Counted from the stretch's first letter, positions 10,086-19,428 are shown. The stretch: DNA of 64,000 nt from an uncultured Clostridium sp. (GCA_946409935.1 CAMJYG010000002.1:8202-72201); one strand, 5' to 3'. Notes: generated by a model from the sequence alone, not told the origin. Numbers and translations: made by a program.

Positions 10086-11542
10086 TACAAATCTTCCAAT
10101 AGAATTTCTGCATTTAATTTTGACAAATTAAATTCTTGCCAATATTTCTTCTTATCTTCATACTCTTCCTTTCCAGATTTTAAATATTCTTTAACTCTCC
10201 TAGAAATATTTTTATCTTTGGCATTTAATAACCTCAACATTTCCTGGACAGCATCTGTTCCTGTATTTTCCATTAAATAATCTATATCTATTGTCCTTTT
10301 GCCGCTATTTTCAAAATATCTATCAATATTTCTTTTGGCTATTAAATTATCAATATTTATAAAATTAAGCACTACATACATTGTTGTTACAATTATTATA
10401 CTTGATTTTAGCAAATTTATATTTTTTTCTAATATATACAATATAATAGGTATCGTTAGTATTACCTCTGTTGCTAATATAAAATATACAAATAGACGTA
10501 GATATGTATATCCATATTCTTGCTCATATAAATTCATTCTATAAAATGCTGATATTATAATAATTATTGTAAACACTATTATTAATAAGCTCATTATTTT
10601 TTTATAAATTTTAGAGTTTATTTCAATTTCTTTTTTATTTATATTTGCTACAAATAAAACACCAAAGTTTATGAAAGATACAAACATTAATTGAAAGAAT
10701 CCTTCTCTTGCATATTCCGCATAATTAAATCCTTCTGCATTACCTATTTGTGAAAATAAACTTGTAAACTGTATTGTACTAAATATTAAATAAATAATAT
10801 TTAATATTGTTAAAATTGTGTTTATTGTTATATTTTCTATTTTAATTCCGTGACTTTCTTGTTCTTCATCTTCTTGCGTAAACATTGTATTTTTTGAAGA
10901 TATATTTATCAAAAAACCTGCAAAAAATAAAAATAAAATTATTATAACAGTAATTCTTCCTGCAATATTAGTTAATCCTGCAAAACTTTTAATTTTTCCT
11001 ATTAATTCAAAAATTCCACTAAATAAATCCGCAAATATACTATCTGCTGACATCAATAAAATAATTACAATAGCTACAATTGGTAATGAAATTAATATAG
11101 CTTTTAATATTTTAAATATTTTTTCATTATTCTGATATTTTATATTTATTTTGAATTTTTTTAAATAGCTTAATACTTCAGCTATTGATTCTAATGTACC
11201 CATAATAATTGTTAGTATTTTATAAAAAAATTGTGGTATTTTAATCTTGTCTTTATTTAAATATATGCACATAATAAAAAATAAAATTATAATTGCAATT
11301 CCATTTATTTTTTTAAAAAATAAATTATTGAATATAAAATATGTAGCTCCTAATAATATTATCGGAACACTAAATCCAAGTGCTTTTTTATTTTTAATAC
11401 TATCGTTTTTGTACATAGTATATATTAATATTGCAAATGTTGCTATTACAAAAATTAATACCGATATCCCCGGTTTTTTATCCCAAAATAATATAGACTG
11501 TAGTATGCTTAATATGATACTACCTATAATAATAGAATTCAT
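10085..11542 (-). CDS. polytopic membrane protein (DUF4153/DUF4173-like)
   Basis: 485 aa with more than 10 predicted TM helices and a soluble C-terminal tail. SD AAAGGAGAG. Confidence 0.7.
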   Translation of the reverse strand: MNSIIIGSIILSILQSILFWDKKPGISVLIFVIATFAILIYTMYKNDSIKNKKALGFSVPIILLGATYFIFNNLFFKKINGIAIIILFFIMCIYLNKDKIKIPQFFYKILTIIMGTLESIAEVLSYLKKFKINIKYQNNEKIFKILKAILISLPIVAIVIILLMSADSIFADLFSGIFELIGKIKSFAGLTNIAGRITVIIILFLFFAGFLINISSKNTMFTQEDEEQESHGIKIENITINTILTILNIIYLIFSTIQFTSLFSQIGNAEGFNYAEYAREGFFQLMFVSFINFGVLFVANINKKEIEINSKIYKKIMSLLIIVFTIIIIISAFYRMNLYEQEYGYTYLRLFVYFILATEVILTIPIILYILEKNINLLKSSIIIVTTMYVVLNFINIDNLIAKRNIDRYFENSGKRTIDIDYLMENTGTDAVQEMLRLLNAKDKNISRRVKEYLKSGKEEYEDKKKYWQEFNLSKLNAEILLEDL

Positions 11543-11882
11543 ATAATTCTCTCCTTTTCTTTTATCGTTTTTCGATAACCAAGAAAAGTATACTATGTTT
11601 ATTTTTATTTGTCAATATTTTTTTATTGTTTTTCAATATTTTTCTTTTTTATCCTGATATTGCTTTTTCTAACTTTAAATTAGACAATTTCTTTCTTTTT
11701 GTATCACTATTAGTGTTACCTTAAATTCAATTTATAATATTATACGAAATTTATTTATCCATATTTTCCCTGTATTTTCAATGTAATTAAGTGTCGCTTC
11801 AGTTGCAGTATCAATGTGTTCAAGATTTTTCTTCTTATTGTTATACTTATACTAATACTTAAAATTAATTAGGAGGTTCATT

Positions 11883-12224
11883 ATGGATTCAATTTCAAAA
11901 TCAAATATTGATAAAAATTTCGGTAAAATATTACGCGATTTTCGTATAAAAAACAATCTTACTCAAGAACAATTATCCGAAAAACTTGGAATTTCATTAA
12001 AATATATTTCTAGAATTGAAAATGGAAATAATGGAATAAAAACTCAGACTCTAATAAATTATATGAATATTTTAGGTATTACTCCTGATATTTTATATCA
12101 ACCTTTTATTACCAATAAAAATGTTTCTCAAAATATTATAATTTCTGAAAAAATAATTTCGCTTACAGAAGAAAAAAAGCAGTTTTTAATTTCTATAATA
12201 GATTTATTGGCAAACATGCAATAA
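11883..12224 (+). CDS. XRE-family HTH transcriptional regulator
   Basis: LTQEQLSEKLGISLKYISRIENG motif. SD AGGAGG. Confidence 0.85.
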   Translation: MDSISKSNIDKNFGKILRDFRIKNNLTQEQLSEKLGISLKYISRIENGNNGIKTQTLINYMNILGITPDILYQPFITNKNVSQNIIISEKIISLTEEKKQFLISIIDLLANMQ

Positions 12225-12225
12225 T

Positions 12226-12575
12226 CGCAAGATTTTAATTATTCATATTCACAGCTTATAAGATTTGAAGGCCGTGCCAAATTTTCTTGGAGAAAATTTT
12301 TGTGAAAATGCGTAGAGCAAAGCTCTTGTTCTACAACAGAAAGGTCAGCATGATTTTCCTATTGTAGAACAAATCGGAAAGCTATTAAATTTGTAGTATG
12401 TTATTTTAAACAATAAATCTTAATTAGAAACATATTATAAATAGTAAAGCTTTCCGTAAATTTGTTCTGGCGCGAAATTTTCGTCAGAAAATTTCTGTGC
12501 AAACCTAGGCGTAGCCTGTTCTACAATAGAAAAGTCAGTATGACTTTCCTATTGTAGAACAATTAAAATCTTACG
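12226..12575. repeat. family R1 repeat, about 1.75 tandem units (C'-D'-A-B-C-D-A), unit about 190 bp
   Basis: Module A (GTTCTACAA...TTGTAGAAC) starts at 12328 and again at 12518. Outer inverted repeat CGCAAGATTTTAATT / AATTAAAATCTTACG. Confidence 0.9.
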
Positions 12576-12585
12576 CTTTTTCCTT

Positions 12586-13995
12586 TTATTCTTGCCAAAA
12601 TGCTTTGTATGTTTTATATGCTGAATAAATATCATATTTGCTTGTTACTTCATAAGGTGCATGCATTGACAAAACTGGAACTCCGCAATCAATTACATCC
12701 GTACCTTTATTAGCTAGTATATATGCTATTGTTCCCCCTCCGCCGATATCAACCTTACCTAATTCAGTTAATTGATATTTAATATCATTTTTTTCTAATA
12801 CATTTCTTACCCAAGCAACATATTCAGCATTTGCATCTGAAGCTCCAGATTTTCCTCTTGCTCCTGTGTATTTTACTAAGGCAATTCCTTTGCCTAAAAA
12901 TCCAGCATTTGTTTTATCTGATACAGATGCATATATTGGGTCATAACCTGCATCAACATCTGATGATAACATTTTTGAAAAACAAAATACTCTATCTAAT
13001 AAATTTGGTCTATTTATTCCTAATTTATTTAAAATTTCAGAAATAAAGAATTCAAACATATGTGATTCCATACCTGTGTTACCCATACTTCCAATTTCTT
13101 CTTTATCTGATAAAATACAAACTGCTGTATTTTTAACATTTTTTAATTCCATCATAGCTGCTAGAGATGTATATGCACACACTTTGTCATCTTGACCATA
13201 TGCTGCAACCATACTCTCATCAAACCCCATGCTTCTTGCTCTAAAACATGGAACCAATTCAATTTCTGCACTTGTTAAATCCGCTTCTACTATTCCATAC
13301 TTTTTATTTAAGATATTTAAGATATTTAGTTTTACCTTTTCAGATAATTTATCTGAATCTTTATCTTCTTTATATGGAATACTTCCTATTAGAAGGTTTA
13401 AATTTTCACCTTCAATACCATTACTTAATGTCTTTTTCATTTGCTCTTGAGCTAAATGTGGTAGTAAATCTGTAATAGTGAAAATTGGATCATTTTCATC
13501 TTCTCCAATATTTATTTCTATTTTTTCTCCGCTTGTTTTTACAATAACTCCATGTAAACTAAGTGGTATTGTTGTCCATTGATATTTTTTTATTCCTCCA
13601 TAATAATGTGTTTTAAAATATGCAAAACCTGTATCTTCATACAATGGATTTGGTTTCAAATCTAATCTTGGGGAATCAACATGTGAACCTATAATATGCA
13701 TTCCATTTTCTATAGTATTTTCGCCTATTACAGCTAAATACATACTCTTTCCTCTATTTACAAAATATATTTTGTCACCTGGTTTTAAAGATTCAAATTC
13801 CATTATATCTTTATAGCCATTTTCATCAGCTAGTTTTCTTGCTTGCTTAATAAATTCTCTTTCTGTTTTGGCTTTATTTAAAAAGTCCATATATTTTTTT
13901 GAAATTCCATAAATTTCTTGCATCTGGTTTTCATCAGCTGACTCCCATCCATTTTTTTTCTTATTAAAAAGTTTTTCTTTTAATTCTTCTCCCAT
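12586..13995 (-). CDS. M18-family aminopeptidase
   Basis: HVDSPRLDLKPNP motif and length typical of M18 aminopeptidases. Start moved to MGEELKEKL for the SD. Confidence 0.8.
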   Translation of the reverse strand: MGEELKEKLFNKKKNGWESADENQMQEIYGISKKYMDFLNKAKTEREFIKQARKLADENGYKDIMEFESLKPGDKIYFVNRGKSMYLAVIGENTIENGMHIIGSHVDSPRLDLKPNPLYEDTGFAYFKTHYYGGIKKYQWTTIPLSLHGVIVKTSGEKIEINIGEDENDPIFTITDLLPHLAQEQMKKTLSNGIEGENLNLLIGSIPYKEDKDSDKLSEKVKLNILNILNKKYGIVEADLTSAEIELVPCFRARSMGFDESMVAAYGQDDKVCAYTSLAAMMELKNVKNTAVCILSDKEEIGSMGNTGMESHMFEFFISEILNKLGINRPNLLDRVFCFSKMLSSDVDAGYDPIYASVSDKTNAGFLGKGIALVKYTGARGKSGASDANAEYVAWVRNVLEKNDIKYQLTELGKVDIGGGGTIAYILANKGTDVIDCGVPVLSMHAPYEVTSKYDIYSAYKTYKAFWQE

Positions 13996-14206
13996 TTTAA
14001 ACTCACATTCCTTTCTCGCTTCGTTTGGAAGGCACACATAGCGTTTGAAAAAAATCAAAGTAGACATTTCTAAAATTATATTTTTTCAAACTTTTCCTTC
14101 TTTTATTTTATACTATATCACTATATAAAATATTTTTCCAGTTTTTTTATAATTTATTCTAAAAAAATGGTTATACTAACTTAAAAAGAAAGGAATGTTT
14201 ACAAAA

Positions 14207-15712
14207 ATGAATTCTATATGGTTAGACTCAATAAAAAATAAAAACCAATTTGAAACTTTATCTAAAAATTTAGAAACAGACATCTGCATTATAGGAGCAG
14301 GAATGTTTGGAATAACTTGTGCATATTATTTAAACAATTTAGGCTTTGATGTTACAGTTTTAGAAAAAGATGACATATGTTCAAAAACTACTGCATTTAC
14401 TACTGGAAAAATAACAAGCCAACATGGATTATTTTATAATTATTTAATTAATTCTTACGGAAATGCATTTGCTAAAGATTATTTAGAATCTAACGAAAGT
14501 GCAATTAAAAATATAAAAAATATTATAGATACTGAAAAAATAAACTGTGATTTTGAATACCAAAATAATTATGTTTATACTACAAAAAAATCTGAAATAT
14601 TTTCTATAAAAAAAGAAGTTGATTCTGTTAATTCTTTAGGTTTTAATTGTGACTTTGTAACTAAAACCGGCCTTCCCTTTGAAATAGAAGGAGCTATATG
14701 CTTTAAAAATCAGGCTCAATTTAACCCTTTAAAATATATTCATGGTTTATGTAAAAAAATAATTAACAATAATGGAAAAATATTTACTCACACAACTGCA
14801 ATAGACATAAAAAAGGATGAACAGAATTATTTAGTATTTACAGATAAAAACTATGTTAAAGCAAAGTTTGTAATTGTTGCAACTCATTACCCATTTCTAA
14901 AAATTTCTGGCTTATATTTTACAAAAATGTATCAATCTACATCATATATTATAGCAATTGATCCTAAAAAAACATTAAACAATGGTATGTATATTAATAA
15001 TTCTGCTCCTATCTTCTCTTTTAGAACAGCAAAATTTAATAATAAAAATATATTATTAATTGCAGGTTCGGATCATAAGAGTGGAAAACCAACCTCTTAC
15101 AAAGATAGTTATGGCGTTTTAGAAGATATAGCCAAAAAATATTATCCTAATTGTGAAATTTTATATAAATGGAATACTGAAGATTGTATTTCTATCGACA
15201 AAATTCCCTATATAGGTAGCTATTCTCTTTCTATGCCAAATGTGTTTGTTGGTACTGGTTTTAAAAAATGGGGAATGACTTCTTCTAATGTAGCTGCAAA
15301 TATTATTGTAGATAAAATATGTAATAAAACTAATAAATACGAATACATGTATAATTCATCTCGATTAAAACCTATTAAAAATTTGGATGAATTTAAAAAT
15401 ATGATGGTTCAAAGCACTAATTCTTTATTTCTTGATAAATTAAAATCTCCAAATATGTCTTTTGAAAAAATAGCTATTAATTCTGGAAGTATTATTGAAG
15501 TTAATAATGAGAAGGTTGGAATTTATAAAGATACTTCTGGAGATATCCATGCTGTAAAACCTATTTGCACTCATCTTGGTTGCTTACTTTCTTGGAATGA
15601 CCTAGATAAAACATGGGATTGTCCTTGTCACGGTTCTCGTTTTGATTATGACGGAAAAAATTTATATAATCCTGCTTTTAAAAATCTAGAAGTTTATAAT
15701 TTGTCAGATTAA
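14207..15712 (+). CDS. FAD-dependent oxidoreductase fused to a C-terminal Rieske [2Fe-2S] domain (YhfW-like)
   Basis: Dinucleotide fold ICIIGAGMFG. Rieske motifs CTHLGC and CPCHGS. Confidence 0.85.
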   Translation: MNSIWLDSIKNKNQFETLSKNLETDICIIGAGMFGITCAYYLNNLGFDVTVLEKDDICSKTTAFTTGKITSQHGLFYNYLINSYGNAFAKDYLESNESAIKNIKNIIDTEKINCDFEYQNNYVYTTKKSEIFSIKKEVDSVNSLGFNCDFVTKTGLPFEIEGAICFKNQAQFNPLKYIHGLCKKIINNNGKIFTHTTAIDIKKDEQNYLVFTDKNYVKAKFVIVATHYPFLKISGLYFTKMYQSTSYIIAIDPKKTLNNGMYINNSAPIFSFRTAKFNNKNILLIAGSDHKSGKPTSYKDSYGVLEDIAKKYYPNCEILYKWNTEDCISIDKIPYIGSYSLSMPNVFVGTGFKKWGMTSSNVAANIIVDKICNKTNKYEYMYNSSRLKPIKNLDEFKNMMVQSTNSLFLDKLKSPNMSFEKIAINSGSIIEVNNEKVGIYKDTSGDIHAVKPICTHLGCLLSWNDLDKTWDCPCHGSRFDYDGKNLYNPAFKNLEVYNLSD

Positions 15713-15817
15713 TTAACGTTTAACATCTTATTGTTAAATGCGGTGTGCCATAGATTATTTTATACTAGCGTTAAAAAATACTTTATTGTCTTTTTTATAT
15801 CTAAATTGTATTTTTTA

Positions 15818-15932
15818 TTGACTTATAACTGTTTTTTTGCTACAATGCCAATAATAAATCATATATTTATATGTTTATTTTTTGTTTATTGAACTAGATT
15901 TCTCCTTATGACAGTAATCTAGTTCTTTTTTT
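15818..15932 (+). ncRNA. candidate short transcript (orphan promoter + terminator)
   Basis: TTGACT-17-TACAAT (15818-15846), then hairpin GAACTAGATT...AATCTAGTTC (15891-15925) plus T7. No ORF between them. Confidence 0.25.
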
Positions 15933-15946
15933 ATATAAATTAATAA

Positions 15947-16210
15947 GCTATTTATGTAAATTATGCTATACAAATTGGGCAAGATGTTCGACTTCTTAAA
16001 ATATGTAATTTCTGTAATAAGGCTTTTATTGCTAAAAATCCTAAAGCAGAATATGATACATATAATTGTAATAATAAGGCTAACGTTTATAAAAGTAGGG
16101 CAAAAAGCTCAAATATGGTACATACTTATAAAGGTATTGCGGTTAAATTACCTAGTGATGATATTTCAGATGATTTAGCGAAAAATCTAACTAAAAGAAA
16201 AACTAAATAA
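15947..16210 (+). pseudogene. 3' remnant (about 87 codons) of a paralog of the zinc-ribbon gene 31597..32511
   Basis: AIYVNYAIQIGQDVRLLKICNFCNKAFIAKNPKAEYDTYNCNNKANVYKSRAKSS... is near-identical to the C-terminus of 31597..32511. No start codon. Confidence 0.85.
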
Positions 16211-16361
16211 TAGAAATTGCTTTGATTTTATTGTTTTTGGGACGATTTCAGAGTATAATGTTTCTATCCTTTCAAAAGGAAATCTTTTAAGTAATTGCGA
16301 AACTAAATTTTAAAATTAAGGTGACATAGATCCAAAAAGATATCCTTTATCATTTGAAGAT

Positions 16362-16556
16362 TTGGTTAAAAATTTAAAACAACGATATCCTAATTTTAAA
16401 CAAGACCGAGATTTTCATGAATTAAATAAGAAACTTAGAAATAAACAGATTAATGGATATCAAAGATTTCTAAATAATAAAACAAAGTCTGGTACTTGTA
16501 GATGGCAGTATAGTTCAAATATATTAAATGACTTTGATAAATATTACAAAAAGTAG
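16362..16556 (+). CDS. small basic hypothetical protein (start uncertain)
   Basis: The frame is open from 16320. Its stop overlaps the SD/start of the DUF3800 gene (translational coupling). Confidence 0.45.
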   Translation: MVKNLKQRYPNFKQDRDFHELNKKLRNKQINGYQRFLNNKTKSGTCRWQYSSNILNDFDKYYKK

Positions 16557-16562
16557 GTGATT

Positions 16563-17234
16563 ATGATAAAAAGACTTAACATATTTATAGATGAAAGTGG
16601 GGATTTCGGTTTTGTAAATGGTAGTTCAGACTTATATGCTGTATCATTTACAATACACGAAAGCGATAATTCAATAGCAAACGAACTACAATATCTAAAT
16701 GACAGATTAAGCAAATTAGAATATGATGGAATGCTTCATTTAGCTTATTTAATCGCAAAAAGAGGAGATTATTCTTCTTTTGACTTAGAACAAAGACAAA
16801 AGATATTCTGGACTATATTTAATTTTGCTAGAAAAGTTCCTGTTAAATTAAAAACAATAATACTTGATAAAAGATATATAAATAGTAAAAGTCAATTAAA
16901 TAAAGCTATATCAATAGAAGTAAATAAATTTATAAATGAAAATAAGAAGTATTTAGATTCATTTGATAAAATTGTAATTTACTATGATAACGGACAAGAA
17001 ACATTAGCAACTATTCTAGATATTATATTTGCTACAAATGAGAGAGTTGAAAGAAGGATTGAATTTGATCATGTTAAAAAGAGATTATTCCAAGTATCTG
17101 ATATGCTTACATTTATTGATAAGTTAGATTATAAATTTCACAACAATATGCCTTTTACTAATGCAGAAAAATATTTCTTTAGTAATAGTGATATTCAATA
17201 CATAAAAAGAAAATTGAAAAATAAAAGATTATAA
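16563..17234 (+). CDS. DUF3800 domain protein
   Basis: N-terminal LNIFIDESGDFGF motif characteristic of DUF3800. SD AGGTGA. Confidence 0.75.
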   Translation: MIKRLNIFIDESGDFGFVNGSSDLYAVSFTIHESDNSIANELQYLNDRLSKLEYDGMLHLAYLIAKRGDYSSFDLEQRQKIFWTIFNFARKVPVKLKTIILDKRYINSKSQLNKAISIEVNKFINENKKYLDSFDKIVIYYDNGQETLATILDIIFATNERVERRIEFDHVKKRLFQVSDMLTFIDKLDYKFHNNMPFTNAEKYFFSNSDIQYIKRKLKNKRL

Positions 17235-17240
17235 CATTAT

Positions 17241-17269
17241 AAAAAGCCATTCGTTTGAATGGCTTTTTG
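17241..17269 (+). terminator. Rho-independent terminator
   Basis: AGCCATTC-GTTT-GAATGGCT followed by T5. Confidence 0.8.
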
Positions 17270-17422
17270 CGACGACTACCGTCAGCACGGGTCAGGTCCT
17301 AATCTAGTAAACTATTTCAGACCAAGTAGAATAATATCTACAATATATATTATTCCTTAATTTATTTAATTATACACCCAAAATTAAAAAATGTACATAG
17401 TTTTTTAAAATTTTATGTTTTT

Positions 17423-17680
17423 TTAACATTTTACTATTTTCTTCAATTTGTTTTTACCAAATTGAATTACTAAGCCATTTTCAATTTTTATTATTTTATT
17501 TATATCAGTTTCTAAATTAGAATTAATTTTTATGCCATTTCCTTGTATCATTCTTTTAGCTTCACCTTTAGAGTTAGCAAAATTGATTTTTATCAATAAT
17601 TCACAAATATTCATTTCGTTTTCTGATATATTAAATTCTTCAATATCTTCAGGAATACTTCCTTTGGCAACTATAATTAT
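17423..17680 (-). pseudogene. tyrS: orphan 3' fragment of a tyrosyl-tRNA synthetase gene (S4-like C-terminal domain)
   Basis: KGSIPEDIEEFNISENEMNICELLIKINFANSKGEAKRMIQGNGIKINS...GKNKLKKIV matches the TyrRS C-terminus. It has no N-terminal catalytic part and overlaps the tail of RepA_N in another frame. Confidence 0.7.
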
Positions 17681-18134
17681 TCTTATTATATTTATTATTA
17701 TTAGGTCGTAATTTTTCCGATTCTTGATTCGTAAAATTTCCGTTTCTTGAATCGTAATTTTTACGAGTCATAAAATTGCTAGTAGGTTCATGATTTATTT
17801 TACCTACATATATAATATTGTTTTTCTTAAAGCCTTGTCTTTTTTCATAAATAAGTTTGCAATCTGTTAATTGCTTAAAAGATTTTGTAACTGTTTTATC
17901 AGATAAATTTAATTTTTCTTGTGCTTCTTTTCTTGAAAATATTAGAAATATATTTCCATCTTCATCTACCCATTTATTTTGCATAGATATTGATAATCTA
18001 TCAAGTAATAATGCATATAGCAATTTACTTTCTGCTGATATATTTTTATAATATGGGTTTTTAAATAATTCTTTTGGAATTTGGTAGAAAACATTTTCAA
18101 GATATTCATTTATTTTATAAGGTATAAAATCCAT
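17649..18134 (-). CDS. RepA_N-type replication initiator (probably C-terminally truncated)
   Basis: FYQIPKELF...LSAESKLLYALLLDRLSIS...IFLIFSRKEAQEKLNLSDKTVTKSFKQL. Paralog of 38978..39577. Confidence 0.75.
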   Translation of the reverse strand: MDFIPYKINEYLENVFYQIPKELFKNPYYKNISAESKLLYALLLDRLSISMQNKWVDEDGNIFLIFSRKEAQEKLNLSDKTVTKSFKQLTDCKLIYEKRQGFKKNNIIYVGKINHEPTSNFMTRKNYDSRNGNFTNQESEKLRPNNNKYNKNNYSCQRKYS

Positions 18135-18201
18135 AGCAATAGCTCTCCTTTCAGTTTTGTTAAATTCTGCTGAAAGTATTTAAATATCAATGAATTTTGT
18201 T

Positions 18202-18265
18202 TTGCGGAACATTGCGGAACATTTTTTTATGCCTTAAAAATTTTTGCAGAACATTTTGCGGAACA
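18202..18265. promoter_or_regulatory. iteron-like direct repeats TTGC(G/A)GAACA x4
   Basis: Copies at 18202, 18212, 18244 and 18256, directly upstream of RepA_N. Related TTGCGGA(G/A) copies at 23903 and 23916. Confidence 0.6.
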
Positions 18266-18423
18266 AAATAATCGGATTTTTGAGAATTTTTTAAGATTTT
18301 TTAGAATTGAAACAAAAAAATACTATTCTCTAAAAATCCTAGAAAATAGTACTGTTGATATTGATTTGCTATTTTTAAATTCTGATGAATTCTATTAAAA
18401 AATAGCTATTTTTTGGTCGAGGT

Positions 18424-18446
18424 GACAGGGATCGAATTGGCTATAA
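18424..18446 (-). repeat. 23-nt copy of the tRNA-Pro 3' end (att remnant)
   Basis: TGGTCGAGGTGACAGGGATCGAA versus TGGTCGAGGCGACAGGGATCGAA at 39870-39892. Confidence 0.85.
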
Positions 18447-18724
18447 GCTAGTAGTATCAGTGATTATAAAATTGCTGAATGTACTTTGAATGCAAATCGT
18501 GTATTGCACTTATGCACTCGTTTTTTGTAAAAAATAAACTAGGTGTTCGCAATCCACCTAGTTTGGACATATAATCGACATCTTTCGATTAACTTAAGTC
18601 AAAAACAGTATACAACTTTTTATAATACATGTCAAATATTTATAACAAATGTATTGAAAATGTATTGAAAATGTGTATAAAATGTGATACAATACATATA
18701 ATAGAGTAATAGGAGGTGTTTAAA

Positions 18725-18994
18725 ATGGCTAAAACAGATACTTTACACATTAGAGTTGAACCAAGTGTAAAACAAAAAGCCGAAGAAACATTAAATGATT
18801 TAGGATTATCAATTACGGATGCTATTAATGTATTTTTGAATCAAGTAATATTAAATGATGGTATTCCTTTTGAAATAAGAAAACCTAAATACAATAAAGA
18901 AACTATTCAAGCAATAGAGGATACTAAAAACGGAAAAAATTTAAGTAAAACTTTTGATAGTGTAGATGAAATGTTTGAGGAGTTGGATAAATAG
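18725..18994 (+). CDS. relB: RelB/DinJ-family antitoxin
   Basis: LHIRVEPSVKQKAEETLNDLGLSITDAINVFLNQV ribbon-helix-helix motif. SD AGGAGG. Four 11-nt direct repeats (ATGTATTGAAA-like) in the promoter region 18649-18695. Confidence 0.85.
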   Translation: MAKTDTLHIRVEPSVKQKAEETLNDLGLSITDAINVFLNQVILNDGIPFEIRKPKYNKETIQAIEDTKNGKNLSKTFDSVDEMFEELDK

Positions 18995-19267
18995 TGCTAA
19001 AAGTAAGGTATAGTAATCAATTTAAAAAAGATTATAAATTAATACAAAAAAGAGGATATGATGTTAATAAATTAAAAGAAGTTGTTAAATTATTAGCAGA
19101 AGGCAATCCATTACCAGAAAAATATAGAGATCATAATTTAACAGGTAATTATAAACGGATTTAGAGAATGTCATATTCAGCCTGATTGGTTGTTAATTTA
19201 TGTTATTGAAGATGATAAAATAACATTAACAGTGTCAAGAACAGGCTCTCATTCAGATTTATTTTAA
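18994..19267 (+). pseudogene. yafQ: YafQ/RelE-type toxin gene inactivated by a 1-nt insertion
   Basis: VLKVRYSNQFKKDYKLIQKRGYDVNKLKEVVKLLAEG..LTGNYK then a stop. The +1 frame continues RECHIQPDWLLIYVIEDDKITLTVSRTGSHSDLF. Removing the C near 19156 restores GNYKGFRECH. Confidence 0.8.
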
Positions 19268-19428
19268 AAAGTTTAACTAAAATACTACACAAAAAAGTAT
19301 AGTAAAAAAAGTCTATACAAAAAAGTCTACATTGTATTATGCTTTTTGAGTGATATAATGGATATAATGAATTCATTAGGGACACGAAAATCTCGTGTTC
19401 TTTTTTGTTACTTAAAAAGGAGGTATTT

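Noticed and set aside
8715-12575. R1 repeats as a CRISPR array
   Set aside because: The repeated units are themselves long palindromic modules in a cyclic order with no unique spacers of constant length, and no cas genes are in the window.
15963-16178. 71-aa ORFs 15963..16178 and 32264..32479
   Set aside because: They are off-frame shadows of the zinc-ribbon gene 3' end. The conserved frame is the one ending ...KSRAKSSNMVHT...
17269-17300. GC-rich 31-mer GCGACGACTACCGTCAGCACGGGTCAGGTCC resembling the conserved GGUCAGGUCC of SRP RNA
   Set aside because: The match stops before the GGAAGG part of the SRP domain IV motif, and no complementary helix is nearby. At most it is a fragment and cannot be called an RNA gene.
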